From the NCBI GenBank assembly GCA_051117555.1, contig JBNPEG010000001.1, positions 1 through 45,233 of the forward strand: a stretch of DNA of 45,233 nt. Direction: 5' to 3'. A program made the translations under genes and the position numbers. Numbering within the stretch: the first letter of the stretch is position 1; each line of letters opens with the position of its first letter. This stretch comes from Elainellaceae cyanobacterium (GTDB taxonomy: Bacteria; Cyanobacteriota; Cyanobacteriia; CAZCXK01). Below, one piece after another: positions 8,519 through 17,386 of this stretch. A model generated the notes under the pieces. That model saw nothing but the letters and a program-made list of their open reading frames with translations, had not been told where the DNA came from and did not search any database.

Positions 8519-8824
8519 ATGAGCGATAAAGAAGTTATTTCTGAATTCATACAAGTCAAACAAGAAAGTAATGGAATTCAGCTCCTTGTTCGTGGTATAT
8601 CCTGGCCACATCCTCATGAACCCGTATCTAGTTGGACAGTAGCCTCTGTACTCCCACAAACCTCCTCACCTCAGGAAGTAGATTTCAAAATTCAAGCAAT
8701 TCTGCAAAACAAGCAATATTTTCAAGTTTGCCAGGAGTGTGGGGAGCGGAATCCTCGTGGTTGGATGCATAATGATGGCATCTGCCAGAGTTGTGCCGAG
8801 AAGAATCATGGCGTTGTCTACTAA
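8519..8824 (+). CDS. Hypothetical protein with C-terminal CxxC...CxxC putative zinc ribbon
   Basis: CQEC...CQSC in a 101-aa ORF. Confidence 0.7.
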   Translation: MSDKEVISEFIQVKQESNGIQLLVRGISWPHPHEPVSSWTVASVLPQTSSPQEVDFKIQAILQNKQYFQVCQECGERNPRGWMHNDGICQSCAEKNHGVVY

Positions 8825-8851
8825 ACGCAAGCTATACGGGAGCCGAGTGTT

Positions 8852-9112
8852 ATGACTATCTCTTTGGATTTACCATTAGAGCTAGAGAATGAGCTTTCTG
8901 CTGAGGCTTCCCAGCTTAAATTGCCTCTAGCAGAGTATATTCTTCGCGTTCTCTCCTTTCGCCCTTTTCTACAAAATCCTCCCACAACAGGGGTGGAGCT
9001 GGTTGCCTACTGGGAGAGCGTTGGGGTAATTAACTCTCGACCCGATATTGCTGACAGCCAGGAGCACGCCCGCCAGTTGCGCGACCAAGCTGAACACCGT
9101 GAGCGGGCTTAG
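8852..9112 (+). CDS. Putative antitoxin (RHH-like N-terminus)
   Basis: MTISLDLP.ELE..L..EA; ends 7 nt upstream of a PIN toxin. Confidence 0.75.
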   Translation: MTISLDLPLELENELSAEASQLKLPLAEYILRVLSFRPFLQNPPTTGVELVAYWESVGVINSRPDIADSQEHARQLRDQAEHRERA

Positions 9113-9119
9113 GTAGCGA

Positions 9120-9500
9120 ATGTACCTTGTCGATACCGATGTCATGATCGATATTCAGCGAGGGTATGCGCCAGCACTGGCTTGGTTTGCCTCTGTCCGA
9201 GAACTGCCGAGCATCCCAGGCTTTGTGGTGATGGAATTAATTCAGGACGCTCAGAACAAGCAGCAGGTGCGGAAAGTCCTACAGCTTGTAGCGCCTTTGA
9301 CCATCGTTTGGCCTACCGAAACTGACTGTGCTCGGGCTTTGTCTGATTTCACCGCTTATCATCTGGCTCACAAGGTTGGTTTGATTGATGCCTTGATTGC
9401 GGCCTGTGCTGTTGGGCGTAGCGCAACCCTCTGTACTTTCAACGTGAAGCACTACCAAGTCATCTCAGGCTTGAGTCTGGAGCAACCCTATAGTCGCTAA
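9120..9500 (+). CDS. vapC: PIN-domain VapC toxin
   Basis: YLVDTDVMID, VMEL, IDALIAA and TFNVKHY motifs. Confidence 0.92.
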   Translation: MYLVDTDVMIDIQRGYAPALAWFASVRELPSIPGFVVMELIQDAQNKQQVRKVLQLVAPLTIVWPTETDCARALSDFTAYHLAHKVGLIDALIAACAVGRSATLCTFNVKHYQVISGLSLEQPYSR

Positions 9501-9504
9501 AGCC

Positions 9505-9590
9505 GCCTAACACCTCCTTGGTGCGGACGGTATAGAGGTTATCGGTGGGAGTTCGAGGTTATCTGCCGCCGCTCAACTTAGCCGTTCTAC
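9505..9590 (+). other. attC site (86 bp)
   Basis: R'' GCCTAAC 9505-9511 just after the vapC stop; L'' TTGGTGCGG pairs with L' CCGCTCAA with an extrahelical base; R' GTTCTAC 9584-9590. Confidence 0.8.
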
Positions 9591-9747
9591 TGATTCATCC
9601 AAGAGGTCTGGTAGCCTTTGAGTTCCGGTTGTTAGACATCAAGTATTGAATCGGAACTAGAGAAAGGGATCGTTGTCTAGCTTTGTCATGACTGGTGAAT
9701 GCCAGATTGTGAAATAGAGGTGGCAAACTACTATTTTTGAGAAATCC

Positions 9748-9978
9748 ATGTCCTCTGCTGCTATTGCCACGATTGTGAAGATGGTTGAATCCTTGCCCGA
9801 TGAGTTGCAGGAAAAAGTCGTAGAACACATCCGAGACTACATTGCGGATTTAGAAGATGAGAAGCGTTGGGATACCTTATTCCAACGGACACAGAGTAAT
9901 CTAGTCGCGGCAGCCCGGAAAGCGAAGCAGGAAACTGCAGCGGGGCAATCGGTGCCAATGGACTATGAGCAACTATGA
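9748..9978 (+). CDS. Putative antitoxin of a RelE/ParE-like pair
   Basis: 76-aa acidic ORF (…DEKRWD..F…PMDYEQL); stop overlaps the next ATG. Confidence 0.72.
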   Translation: MSSAAIATIVKMVESLPDELQEKVVEHIRDYIADLEDEKRWDTLFQRTQSNLVAAARKAKQETAAGQSVPMDYEQL

Positions 9979-10058
9979 AGTCTGCCACGCTGCCCTCTTT
10001 TTGGTCGAGGTATCGAAAATTAAGCAGTTCCATGAGGGCAAGGGCTGGCAAGGGATGA
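9975..10058 (+). pseudogene. Truncated RelE/ParE-like toxin (27 aa)
   Basis: ATGA overlap; MKSATLPSFW..YR.L resembles a toxin N-terminus, then an early stop. Confidence 0.6.
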
Positions 10059-10273
10059 AGCGCAAATAGACAACGATGATGAAACCGATGTAGCTAGTAG
10101 GTTCGGTTAAACAGCGTGTTCGCGTAGCGTCTCCAGCGGAGAAAACCCAACATCAACACTGTTACATCACTCCATCAACGTGCCCATACTAACAGTGCCT
10201 TAATGGGTCAATCCTATACATTACCGCCGCACCAATACGCCAATAGCCGCATAGAGTAAGAGACGTGCTAGCC

Positions 10274-10338
10274 GCGATCGCCACCCAACTCAATTGGTGC
10301 AAGTGGACTTTCTCTACCCGCCTGATTCGAGCCCTCCA
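10274..10338 (+). repeat. Right copy of the DUF3370 3'-end direct repeat (putative island boundary)
   Basis: Encodes QLVQVDFLYPPDSSPP; starts at a HIP1 site. Confidence 0.9.
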
Positions 10339-10379
10339 CTGCTCACACAGAGTTCACAAGCGATTTAGGATCGGCTATA
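10336..10379. mobile_element. Right half of the MITE found complete at 23140-23231
   Basis: TTCACAAGCGATTTAGGATC shared. Confidence 0.7.
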
Positions 10380-10457
10380 TATACTAGATCGCAGTAGTTG
10401 CGTGCTGATGAAAACACATGTCCGCGCTTTGGTTTCAAGCAGGAGTCATGTCCTAAG

Positions 10458-10670
10458 CTATCTGGCTAACGCAATAACATCATCTGCAACCGGAAACGCA
10501 GTCAATGCTGAGTCAAAGAGCGATCGCATATGGTGAATGGCGTTTCTATCTTTTTCGTGAATCAGGGGCATGATTTCCTGACTCAACTCTCTGACCGTCT
10601 GAATGACCGCCTGAATGACCGTCTCTAGTGATTGGCCGTCTGATTTGCAGTCATGGCTTATTCTCTCCAT
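10458..10670 (-). CDS. Hypothetical protein (70 aa)
   Basis: ATG-started ORF; no recognised family. Confidence 0.35.
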   Translation of the reverse strand: MERISHDCKSDGQSLETVIQAVIQTVRELSQEIMPLIHEKDRNAIHHMRSLFDSALTAFPVADDVIALAR

Positions 10671-10776
10671 TATTTTTTGTAAACAGATTAGAATTTTGGT
10701 GGGTTACGGCATTGCCTAACCCACCCTTGTCTTTGGGATTACGAGATTGATATGGCTAGCCGTTATGCCAAGGCGA

Positions 10777-12387
10777 TTATGCTAGAGCAAAGTTGTCGGC
10801 GGTAAAGTTGGCTAGGTCAGCAACATCTGTGATGCTTTCCATGTTGGCAAGCACGTTAAATTCACCCCCCTCGCTAAGATTTTGAGAATGGACAAGTCGA
10901 CCAATTCCGAATGTCTCGTTGAAGTAGACAAATACCCCTTCTTGCGACGTAACTTGGTTGTTATCGGCGATCGCCTGAGCTGCTGCTCCTGCATTGGCAA
11001 AGCCGTCTTGCAGAATCACGACAGTCGTGTTGCCTGCAAGATCATCGGATAGGGCATTCTGAAATGCGATCGCATCAATGCCGAGTTCATTCCCGTTGAG
11101 CACATACTGATCATTTGCAATCTCATAGTCGGAGATGCGATCGGTCGTACCTAGGGCATTGCTACCGTAGACAAAGCGATCGCGCCCTGAGCCGCCAGTC
11201 AGAGCATCCACCCCCGCTCCACCTGTGAGCATATCGTCAGAACTACCTCCAATGAGGGTGTCATCACCGTCTCCACCGTCTGCATTGATTTCAACGCCAG
11301 CGGCAGCCGCATTGAGAACGTCGTTGCCCAATCCTCCGTTAAAAAACACCAATCTAAGATCGGTGTTTGAAACATCACTGACTTCAAATGAGTCGTTACC
11401 ATCATTTCCGTTCAGCTCCATGATTTCAGCCTCGGTGATATTGAGCGTAAACGGACCGGGATTCACTCGGTCAAAGATTGCTACGCCGTTTTCCTGTCGG
11501 AGCGTAAACTGTTCATCTCTACTTCCACCATTTACGGCAGCAGTATCGATGCCCTCACCACCAACCATCACGTCGCTGCCACCACCAGGATTCCAAATCA
11601 TGCGATCGTCGCCCGCGCCGCCTAGCATGATGTCATCGCCGCGATCGCCATCAATTACATCATTGCCGTCGCCGCCTTGCAGAAAGTCGTCTGCATCGCC
11701 CCCAATCAAGGTGTCATCCCCCGCATCGCCATTCGCGCTGATCGGAGTTGTTGTCTCACTGGCGTCAAGGCTGTCATTGCCATCGCCACCGTTAAAGACC
11801 ACCAAGTCGACATCGGTATTTGACAAATCTCCCACAGTAAAGGAATCATCCCCCCCTCCTGCATTCAACGCAACGATTTCAGTTCCATCAATATTGAGAT
11901 TGAAGGGAAACGGATCGACGCGATCAAAGATGGCGCGTCTACCATTTTGCACGAGCGTAAAGATTTCACCTGCGCCCCCTCCATTCGCTACTGCCGTGTC
12001 ATTGCCCGCGCCACCCCGCATGATGTCGTCGCCATCACCCGGATTCCAAATCATTCGGTCATTGCCTCCACCCCCCCGCATGGTGTCATCTCCTGCATCA
12101 CCGATGAGGATGTCGTCTCCACTTCCGCCTCCGAGTATATCGTTGTCATCGCCACCACGCAGTTTGTCATCCCCTCCACCCCCACGGAGGTTATCGTTTC
12201 CAGCCTGTCCTCGAATCGTGTCGTTACCGCGTCGTCCCTGGGCTCTATCCTCTCCAGCACCGGCAATGATAATGTCGTCTCCATTTTTACCCTGGATAAA
12301 ATCATCGCCTCCTAATCCGAGAATGCGATCGCTTTCTCCGGTGCCCAATAGTTGGTTATTGTCGTTATCACCAATAATGCGAGCCAT
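10777..12387 (-). CDS. RTX/hemolysin-type calcium-binding repeat protein
   Basis: Many GGxGxD nonapeptides; AGGAG RBS; duplicated internal block (RMIWNPG…AIFDRV.P.PF.LNI). Confidence 0.9.
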   Translation of the reverse strand: MARIIGDNDNNQLLGTGESDRILGLGGDDFIQGKNGDDIIIAGAGEDRAQGRRGNDTIRGQAGNDNLRGGGGDDKLRGGDDNDILGGGSGDDILIGDAGDDTMRGGGGNDRMIWNPGDGDDIMRGGAGNDTAVANGGGAGEIFTLVQNGRRAIFDRVDPFPFNLNIDGTEIVALNAGGGDDSFTVGDLSNTDVDLVVFNGGDGNDSLDASETTTPISANGDAGDDTLIGGDADDFLQGGDGNDVIDGDRGDDIMLGGAGDDRMIWNPGGGSDVMVGGEGIDTAAVNGGSRDEQFTLRQENGVAIFDRVNPGPFTLNITEAEIMELNGNDGNDSFEVSDVSNTDLRLVFFNGGLGNDVLNAAAAGVEINADGGDGDDTLIGGSSDDMLTGGAGVDALTGGSGRDRFVYGSNALGTTDRISDYEIANDQYVLNGNELGIDAIAFQNALSDDLAGNTTVVILQDGFANAGAAAQAIADNNQVTSQEGVFVYFNETFGIGRLVHSQNLSEGGEFNVLANMESITDVADLANFTADNFALA

Positions 12388-13070
12388 AGCTGATCTCCTG
12401 ATGAATTGAACTCTATAAAGCAGTTGTCGTGTGAGTTGAAACCGTGTTGGTTTGCTTCGACGTTATGCCTCAATCGAGAAGATCACGGGTGGAATTATTT
12501 GATTTGAAGAATGAATTTTATAGCCCTACGCTCCCGTGGCTCGATGCAGTCCAAATCGTGAGCACTACTTTAAATTCCGTTTACTGCTCATTTTCCCTAC
12601 TTCTTCTCGATTGCTCCCTAAATTTGAAGCATTCACATAGAACGCACGAAACCGGAGTTGAATGTTATGCAACGCATATGTCTTGCGGGTTTGTCTGTGA
12701 TCGCGTTGTTGACATGGTTTGATCCACCCAAGCATGCGATCGCCTTACAACTATTGAATGATCAACGAGATGAGGTTTTAGAGCATCTGCATCATCTGCG
12801 GAGTCGCCAACGCGAAGAATATTAGCCTGCCACTAACTGAAGGGAATATCCCTTGAAAGGCTGGCTCGTTTAATCAGGGAACCAAAGATTAACCGCAACT
12901 AGTATTTTTGTACTGTAATATGATACTCTTCTTGAACGATGCCCAATCTCCGTCCATGGATGGTCATGCGAATGCCATGGAGATTTCATCAATCCTTCAT
13001 TTCTCTTGTCTATACTCTGACCACTAGGCCATACCTAGGCACACTCGTACTCCCAGGAGGCTCCGTCGAT

Positions 13071-13262
13071 ATGAATTCAAATACTGGTCAGCATCGTCTT
13101 GTCCGCTTCTTAGAAGATGAGCTTGCTATTCCATCGACATCGGTGGCAATAGGGCTCCGTCATCAAGAACATCCGAGCCTGCTCCCCATGGTGCTTTGGC
13201 AGTATGGATTGATCACTCTTGATCAGCTAGATCGCATCTTTGATTGGCTAGAAATGGATTAG
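13071..13262 (+). CDS. DUF2949-family protein
   Basis: AGGAGG at 13055-13060; FL..ELAI…LPMVLWQYGLITLDQLDRIFDWLE. Confidence 0.85.
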   Translation: MNSNTGQHRLVRFLEDELAIPSTSVAIGLRHQEHPSLLPMVLWQYGLITLDQLDRIFDWLEMD

Positions 13263-13479
13263 TATCGCATCCAGATCAAAATGCTGGGCTATCGTAGGAT
13301 GGTGGACTATCGCAGGATGGATTGGCGCAGCGTAACCCATGCTGGTCAGGTGTTTTAGCTTCCATCGATACTCCAAGAATTAACCTGGACACGCTACTAG
13401 TCCAAGATGACAGAAGTTTCATAACCATAGTGTGAGCGTCTCGCTCACGTCGCTGGCAAGATGCTCGCAAACAGTTGGC

Positions 13480-13656
13480 TTATTTCTGCCAAACGGTACT
13501 GGTCAGAATATCTGTGGGATAGATAGAAGCGGTGTGTTTATGGTGTGCTAAAAACTCACCGTAGTCTGCAAGATGGTCAAGCCCCATTATGCTCAAGACG
13601 ACTTCCGCAACGAGCCAAACACTAATTTTAAGTAAGAAAATATGCCACCGAATCAT
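13480..13656 (-). CDS. Small membrane-associated hypothetical protein (58 aa, absent from the ORF track)
   Basis: Manual translation MIRWHIFLLKISVWLVAEVVLSIMGLDHLADYGEF…; GGAG RBS upstream; resembles a small cyanobacterial family. Confidence 0.65.
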   Translation of the reverse strand: MIRWHIFLLKISVWLVAEVVLSIMGLDHLADYGEFLAHHKHTASIYPTDILTSTVWQK

Positions 13657-14019
13657 AGTTGGTTCTCCGTTTTTTGGGGACTGATTTCACGGAGCAAACG
13701 AGCTGCTTTGATGGCTTCATCATAACGAGCCAGTTTGGTCAATATGCCTTTAGGAGTAACACTTTTAGAATCGGTTGATTTTTTGAGAACGAAGCGATGT
13801 TAAATTATCCAGTTGATTCACAACAAATCTTTTGAGGACGCTTGTCAAACGGGTTAGCTTACCTCAATCCAGATAGGTTTGACGTTTTCCACAGCGGACC
13901 CCTCAAAATCAGGCGTTGCTAATTCATCCCTTCATTCAGAAGTGCCCCCTATGATAAAGTCTTGATTATTTTGCTACAATCACCCCTGAAGAAATTAAGC
14001 ATGAGTCAAAATTCTTGAA

Positions 14020-14325
14020 ATGGCTGACTCGAAAATAGATGACTCGAAAATAGATAACTCGAAAATAGATGACTCGACGATCACGGTGACGGTTAAGCTT
14101 TTTGCAGCTTATCAAGAAGCGTATGGGGCGTCAGAATTAGCCATGCAATTGCCTCCCCAAACGCCGGTTGTTGCGGTGCGCGATCGCCTAATTGCAGACC
14201 ATCCCGAACTTAATCAATGGCGCGATTTAACTCGATTTGGCATCAACCTTCAGTTTGTCAAACCCGACACCTTGCTTAAGGAGGGGGACGAAGTGGTGCT
14301 TATTCCTCCTGTGAGCGGTGGATAA
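14020..14325 (+). CDS. moaD: Molybdopterin synthase sulfur carrier (MoaD/ThiS)
   Basis: VKLFA, GDEVVLIPPVSGG C-terminus. Confidence 0.92.
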   Translation: MADSKIDDSKIDNSKIDDSTITVTVKLFAAYQEAYGASELAMQLPPQTPVVAVRDRLIADHPELNQWRDLTRFGINLQFVKPDTLLKEGDEVVLIPPVSGG

Positions 14326-14563
14326 AGGCATTAAAGCGTCATGGGCGAGCGGGATTTGATTCCATGATTGAGTGCTACAACACTGTAGTATTTACTCCAT
14401 CAGGCATCGTATGTTTTCCACATCTCGTGCGAAATGTAAAATGCAAATCCCCTAGGCCGCATCGGTGTCCGGAAACGACGCGCATAATGTTCAGCCGCAA
14501 CGGTAGCTGCCAAGATGATTTTCTGAATGATTCGATGCAGCTTGGCGTATGCCTAATACGCTG

Positions 14564-15220
14564 CTACAGAACTCCCTTCGAACTTGGAATCATCTGCGCC
14601 CGACGCGGATCAATCTCGATCGCCATTCTGGTTGCCCGCGCAAAGGCTTTGAACGTGGCCTCGATGATGTGATGAGAGTTGATGCCGTCGAGTTGGCGAA
14701 TGTGAAGAGTAAATTGAGCATGATTCACAATCGCCACAAAAAACTCCCGCACTAGTTGGGTGTCATAGGTGCCGACGCGCTCTGTCGGAATCTCTAGCCC
14801 ATAGCTAAGGTGAGGACGACCCGAAAAATCTAGCGTGACGTGAACCAGGGCTTCGTCGAGGGGCGCAAAGAAATGCCCAAACCGATGAATGCCCTTGCGA
14901 TCGCCCAATGCCTGATGCAATGCCTGCCCTACTGTGATCCCGACATCTTCATTGGTATGGTGGTCATCAATTTCTAAATCTCCGGTCGCTCGCACATCCA
15001 GATCAATCAGCCCGTGAGACGAAATCTGATGCAGCATATGATCGAGAAACGGAATGCCGGTTGTCGCATGGCAACGTCCCTGACCGTCTAGATTGAGACT
15101 CACCTGCACGTCTGTTTCCTGGGTCTTGCGACTCACCGATGCGCTGCGATTTGGCAACACAAAACCAGATGAAGTCGATGGTTGACTCAAAGATGCAGCG
15201 TATGAATCACGGGTTTGCAT
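14564..15220 (-). CDS. hisB: Imidazoleglycerol-phosphate dehydratase
   Basis: [35 protein letters not shown]. Confidence 0.97.
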   Translation of the reverse strand: MQTRDSYAASLSQPSTSSGFVLPNRSASVSRKTQETDVQVSLNLDGQGRCHATTGIPFLDHMLHQISSHGLIDLDVRATGDLEIDDHHTNEDVGITVGQALHQALGDRKGIHRFGHFFAPLDEALVHVTLDFSGRPHLSYGLEIPTERVGTYDTQLVREFFVAIVNHAQFTLHIRQLDGINSHHIIEATFKAFARATRMAIEIDPRRAQMIPSSKGVL

Positions 15221-15390
15221 AGAGCTAGCAGATTGAATGACGTCAGTATAATAAATCGCGTAATGACTCCATTATGGCGTGCCGTGACGATCTGACTAGA
15301 ATTAGATATTGAATTAGACGCTTGCAATACTATCCGCGCATGATTCAACGCATGAGGGAGCGCACGAGGGGGCGCATAAGGGGGCGATCG

Positions 15391-16167
15391 CTACATTCCC
15401 ATGATTTCGTAGCCCGCATCGACATAGAGAATTTGCCCCGTAATGCCGCTTGCCAGATCGCTGCACAAAAATGCGGCTGCATTGCCGACTTCAATCTGAG
15501 TGACTGTGCGACGAAGCGGAGCAACCTCTTCTACATGGTGAATCATATCTAAGATCCCGCCGACGGCTGACGAGGCTAGTGTTCGAATCGGACCTGCCGA
15601 AATCCCGTTGACTCGAACATTATTTGGACCCAGCTCCGCTGCCAGATATCGCACATTCATTTCAAGGGCAGACTTGGCAATGCCCATGACGTTGTAGTTG
15701 GGCACCACCCGCACTCCACCTAAATACGTCATCGTGACTACGCTGCCACCCTCTGTCATCAGAGGTTTGGCGCCCCTACAAAGCTGGACTAGAGAAAATG
15801 CGCTCACCTCAAGCGCCAGGTTAAATCCATCTCGGGAAACATTGCTAAAGTCACTGCTGAGGTCATCTTTACGAGCAAATGCTAAACAGTGAATTAAAAT
15901 ATCGAGCTTCCCCCACTTATCACGAATGGAGGCAAACGTTTCATCAACTTGAGCGTCATTTTGAACATCGCACGGCAAAAACAGAGCGGGGTCTAGAGGT
16001 TCGACCAGCTCTCTCACCTTTTTCTCATGGCGACCGCGATCATCTGGCAGATAGGTGATGGCTAAGCTCGCACCAGCCTTATGAAGCTGTTGAGCAATCC
16101 CCCATGCAATCGAGCGATTGTTGGCGATGCCGGTCACAAGAGCAGTTTTTCCAGTTAAATCCAACAT
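15391..16167 (-). CDS. fabI: Enoyl-ACP reductase
   Basis: GIANNRSIAWGIA, YNVMGIAK, AGPIRTLAS. Confidence 0.97.
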   Translation of the reverse strand: MLDLTGKTALVTGIANNRSIAWGIAQQLHKAGASLAITYLPDDRGRHEKKVRELVEPLDPALFLPCDVQNDAQVDETFASIRDKWGKLDILIHCLAFARKDDLSSDFSNVSRDGFNLALEVSAFSLVQLCRGAKPLMTEGGSVVTMTYLGGVRVVPNYNVMGIAKSALEMNVRYLAAELGPNNVRVNGISAGPIRTLASSAVGGILDMIHHVEEVAPLRRTVTQIEVGNAAAFLCSDLASGITGQILYVDAGYEIMGM

Positions 16168-16415
16168 AGTGATCTACTTAAAGCGCAATTAGGAGAATAC
16201 TGAAAAATTGAGCATAGCGATAGGGTGCATGATCTCGGTGATATCAAGTCAGACGTCGCCAAGAGTTTACCAAGCGTTCTATAATTCAATTAAATCAAGC
16301 AGTTCAGACTATCGAATACTTGGAGCGAAGACGCTGCTGATTCATTAATTTAAGGGGCTTTCTTTGACTCGAAAGAACGTTGAGCGCGAAAAAATAGGGG
16401 GGCAAGCCGAAGTTT

Positions 16416-16431
16416 TGTAATTTTTTATACA
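16416..16431. promoter_or_regulatory. NtcA box upstream of ntcA (autoregulation)
   Basis: TGTA-ATTTTTTA-TACA, matching GTA-N8-TAC. Confidence 0.75.
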
Positions 16432-16574
16432 AAAAATAGGTTCTAACTTAAGTTTAAGTGTTTTAAAGTCATAAGTTTCTCACAGTGGGGCAGAATTCCC
16501 AATGAGCTTGACTTTCTCTGACATTATTGACCGGATGTGGTGAAATCTCGTGAGTATCGAGAAGGGCAAGAGGC

Positions 16575-17246
16575 ATGGTAGTGACGCAAGATAGGCCGCT
16601 GGCAGATGTGTTCCGCCAAATTAGCGGGGGTGCGTTTCCGCCCGTCGTTGAAACCTTTGAGCGTAGCAAGACCATCTTTTTTCCAGGAGATCCAGCAGAG
16701 CGAGTCTATTTCTTACTCAAGGGTGCGGTCAAGCTATCGCGCGTCTATGAGGCTGGAGAAGAAATTACAGTTGCGCTGCTAAGAGAAAATAGTGTGTTTG
16801 GGGTATTGTCTCTAATCACAGGGCATCGGTCTGATCGGTTTTATCATGCCGTTGCGTTTACGCCGGTTGAGCTTCTTTCTGTGCCGATCGAACAAGTTGA
16901 GAAAGCCTTAAAAGAAAATCCTGATTTATCGATGCTGATGCTGCAGGGGCTTTCATCTCGAATTTTGCAGACTGAGATGATGATCGAAACCCTGGCTCAT
17001 CGAGATATGGGGTCCCGGTTGGTCAGTTTTTTGCTGATTCTGTGTCGAGATTTTGGAATGCCCAGTCAGGATGGCATCACCATTGATTTAAAGCTTTCTC
17101 ACCAGGCGATCGCCGAAGCAATTGGCTCAACGCGCGTAACTGTCACTCGATTGCTGGGTGACCTGCGTCAAGAGCAGATGATTTCTATTCATAAAAAAAA
17201 GATTACGGTTCACAATCCGGTGACGCTGAGCCAGCAGTTTACTTAG
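16575..17246 (+). CDS. ntcA: Global nitrogen regulator NtcA
   Basis: [39 protein letters not shown]; divergent from fabI. Confidence 0.98.
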   Translation: MVVTQDRPLADVFRQISGGAFPPVVETFERSKTIFFPGDPAERVYFLLKGAVKLSRVYEAGEEITVALLRENSVFGVLSLITGHRSDRFYHAVAFTPVELLSVPIEQVEKALKENPDLSMLMLQGLSSRILQTEMMIETLAHRDMGSRLVSFLLILCRDFGMPSQDGITIDLKLSHQAIAEAIGSTRVTVTRLLGDLRQEQMISIHKKKITVHNPVTLSQQFT

Positions 17247-17386
17247 AAGATTAGATAGTCTATAGCCGGGCTTTATTCGTGTCGTCTCTGAGTGAGCTCT
17301 GATACTGCTGAGAATGTTCGTTCACGTCAATCAACCGTCGGTGTCCAGAATACAGTAGGCTGTAGCTGGACTATGTTTCGCGGATA

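Noticed and set aside
404..10273. Prophage or IS element as the island vehicle
   Set aside because: No integrase, transposase or phage structural gene is recognisable in the interval.
11225..12409. 394-aa plus-strand Ser/Pro-rich ORF
   Set aside because: It is the antisense shadow of the Gly/Asp-rich RTX gene.
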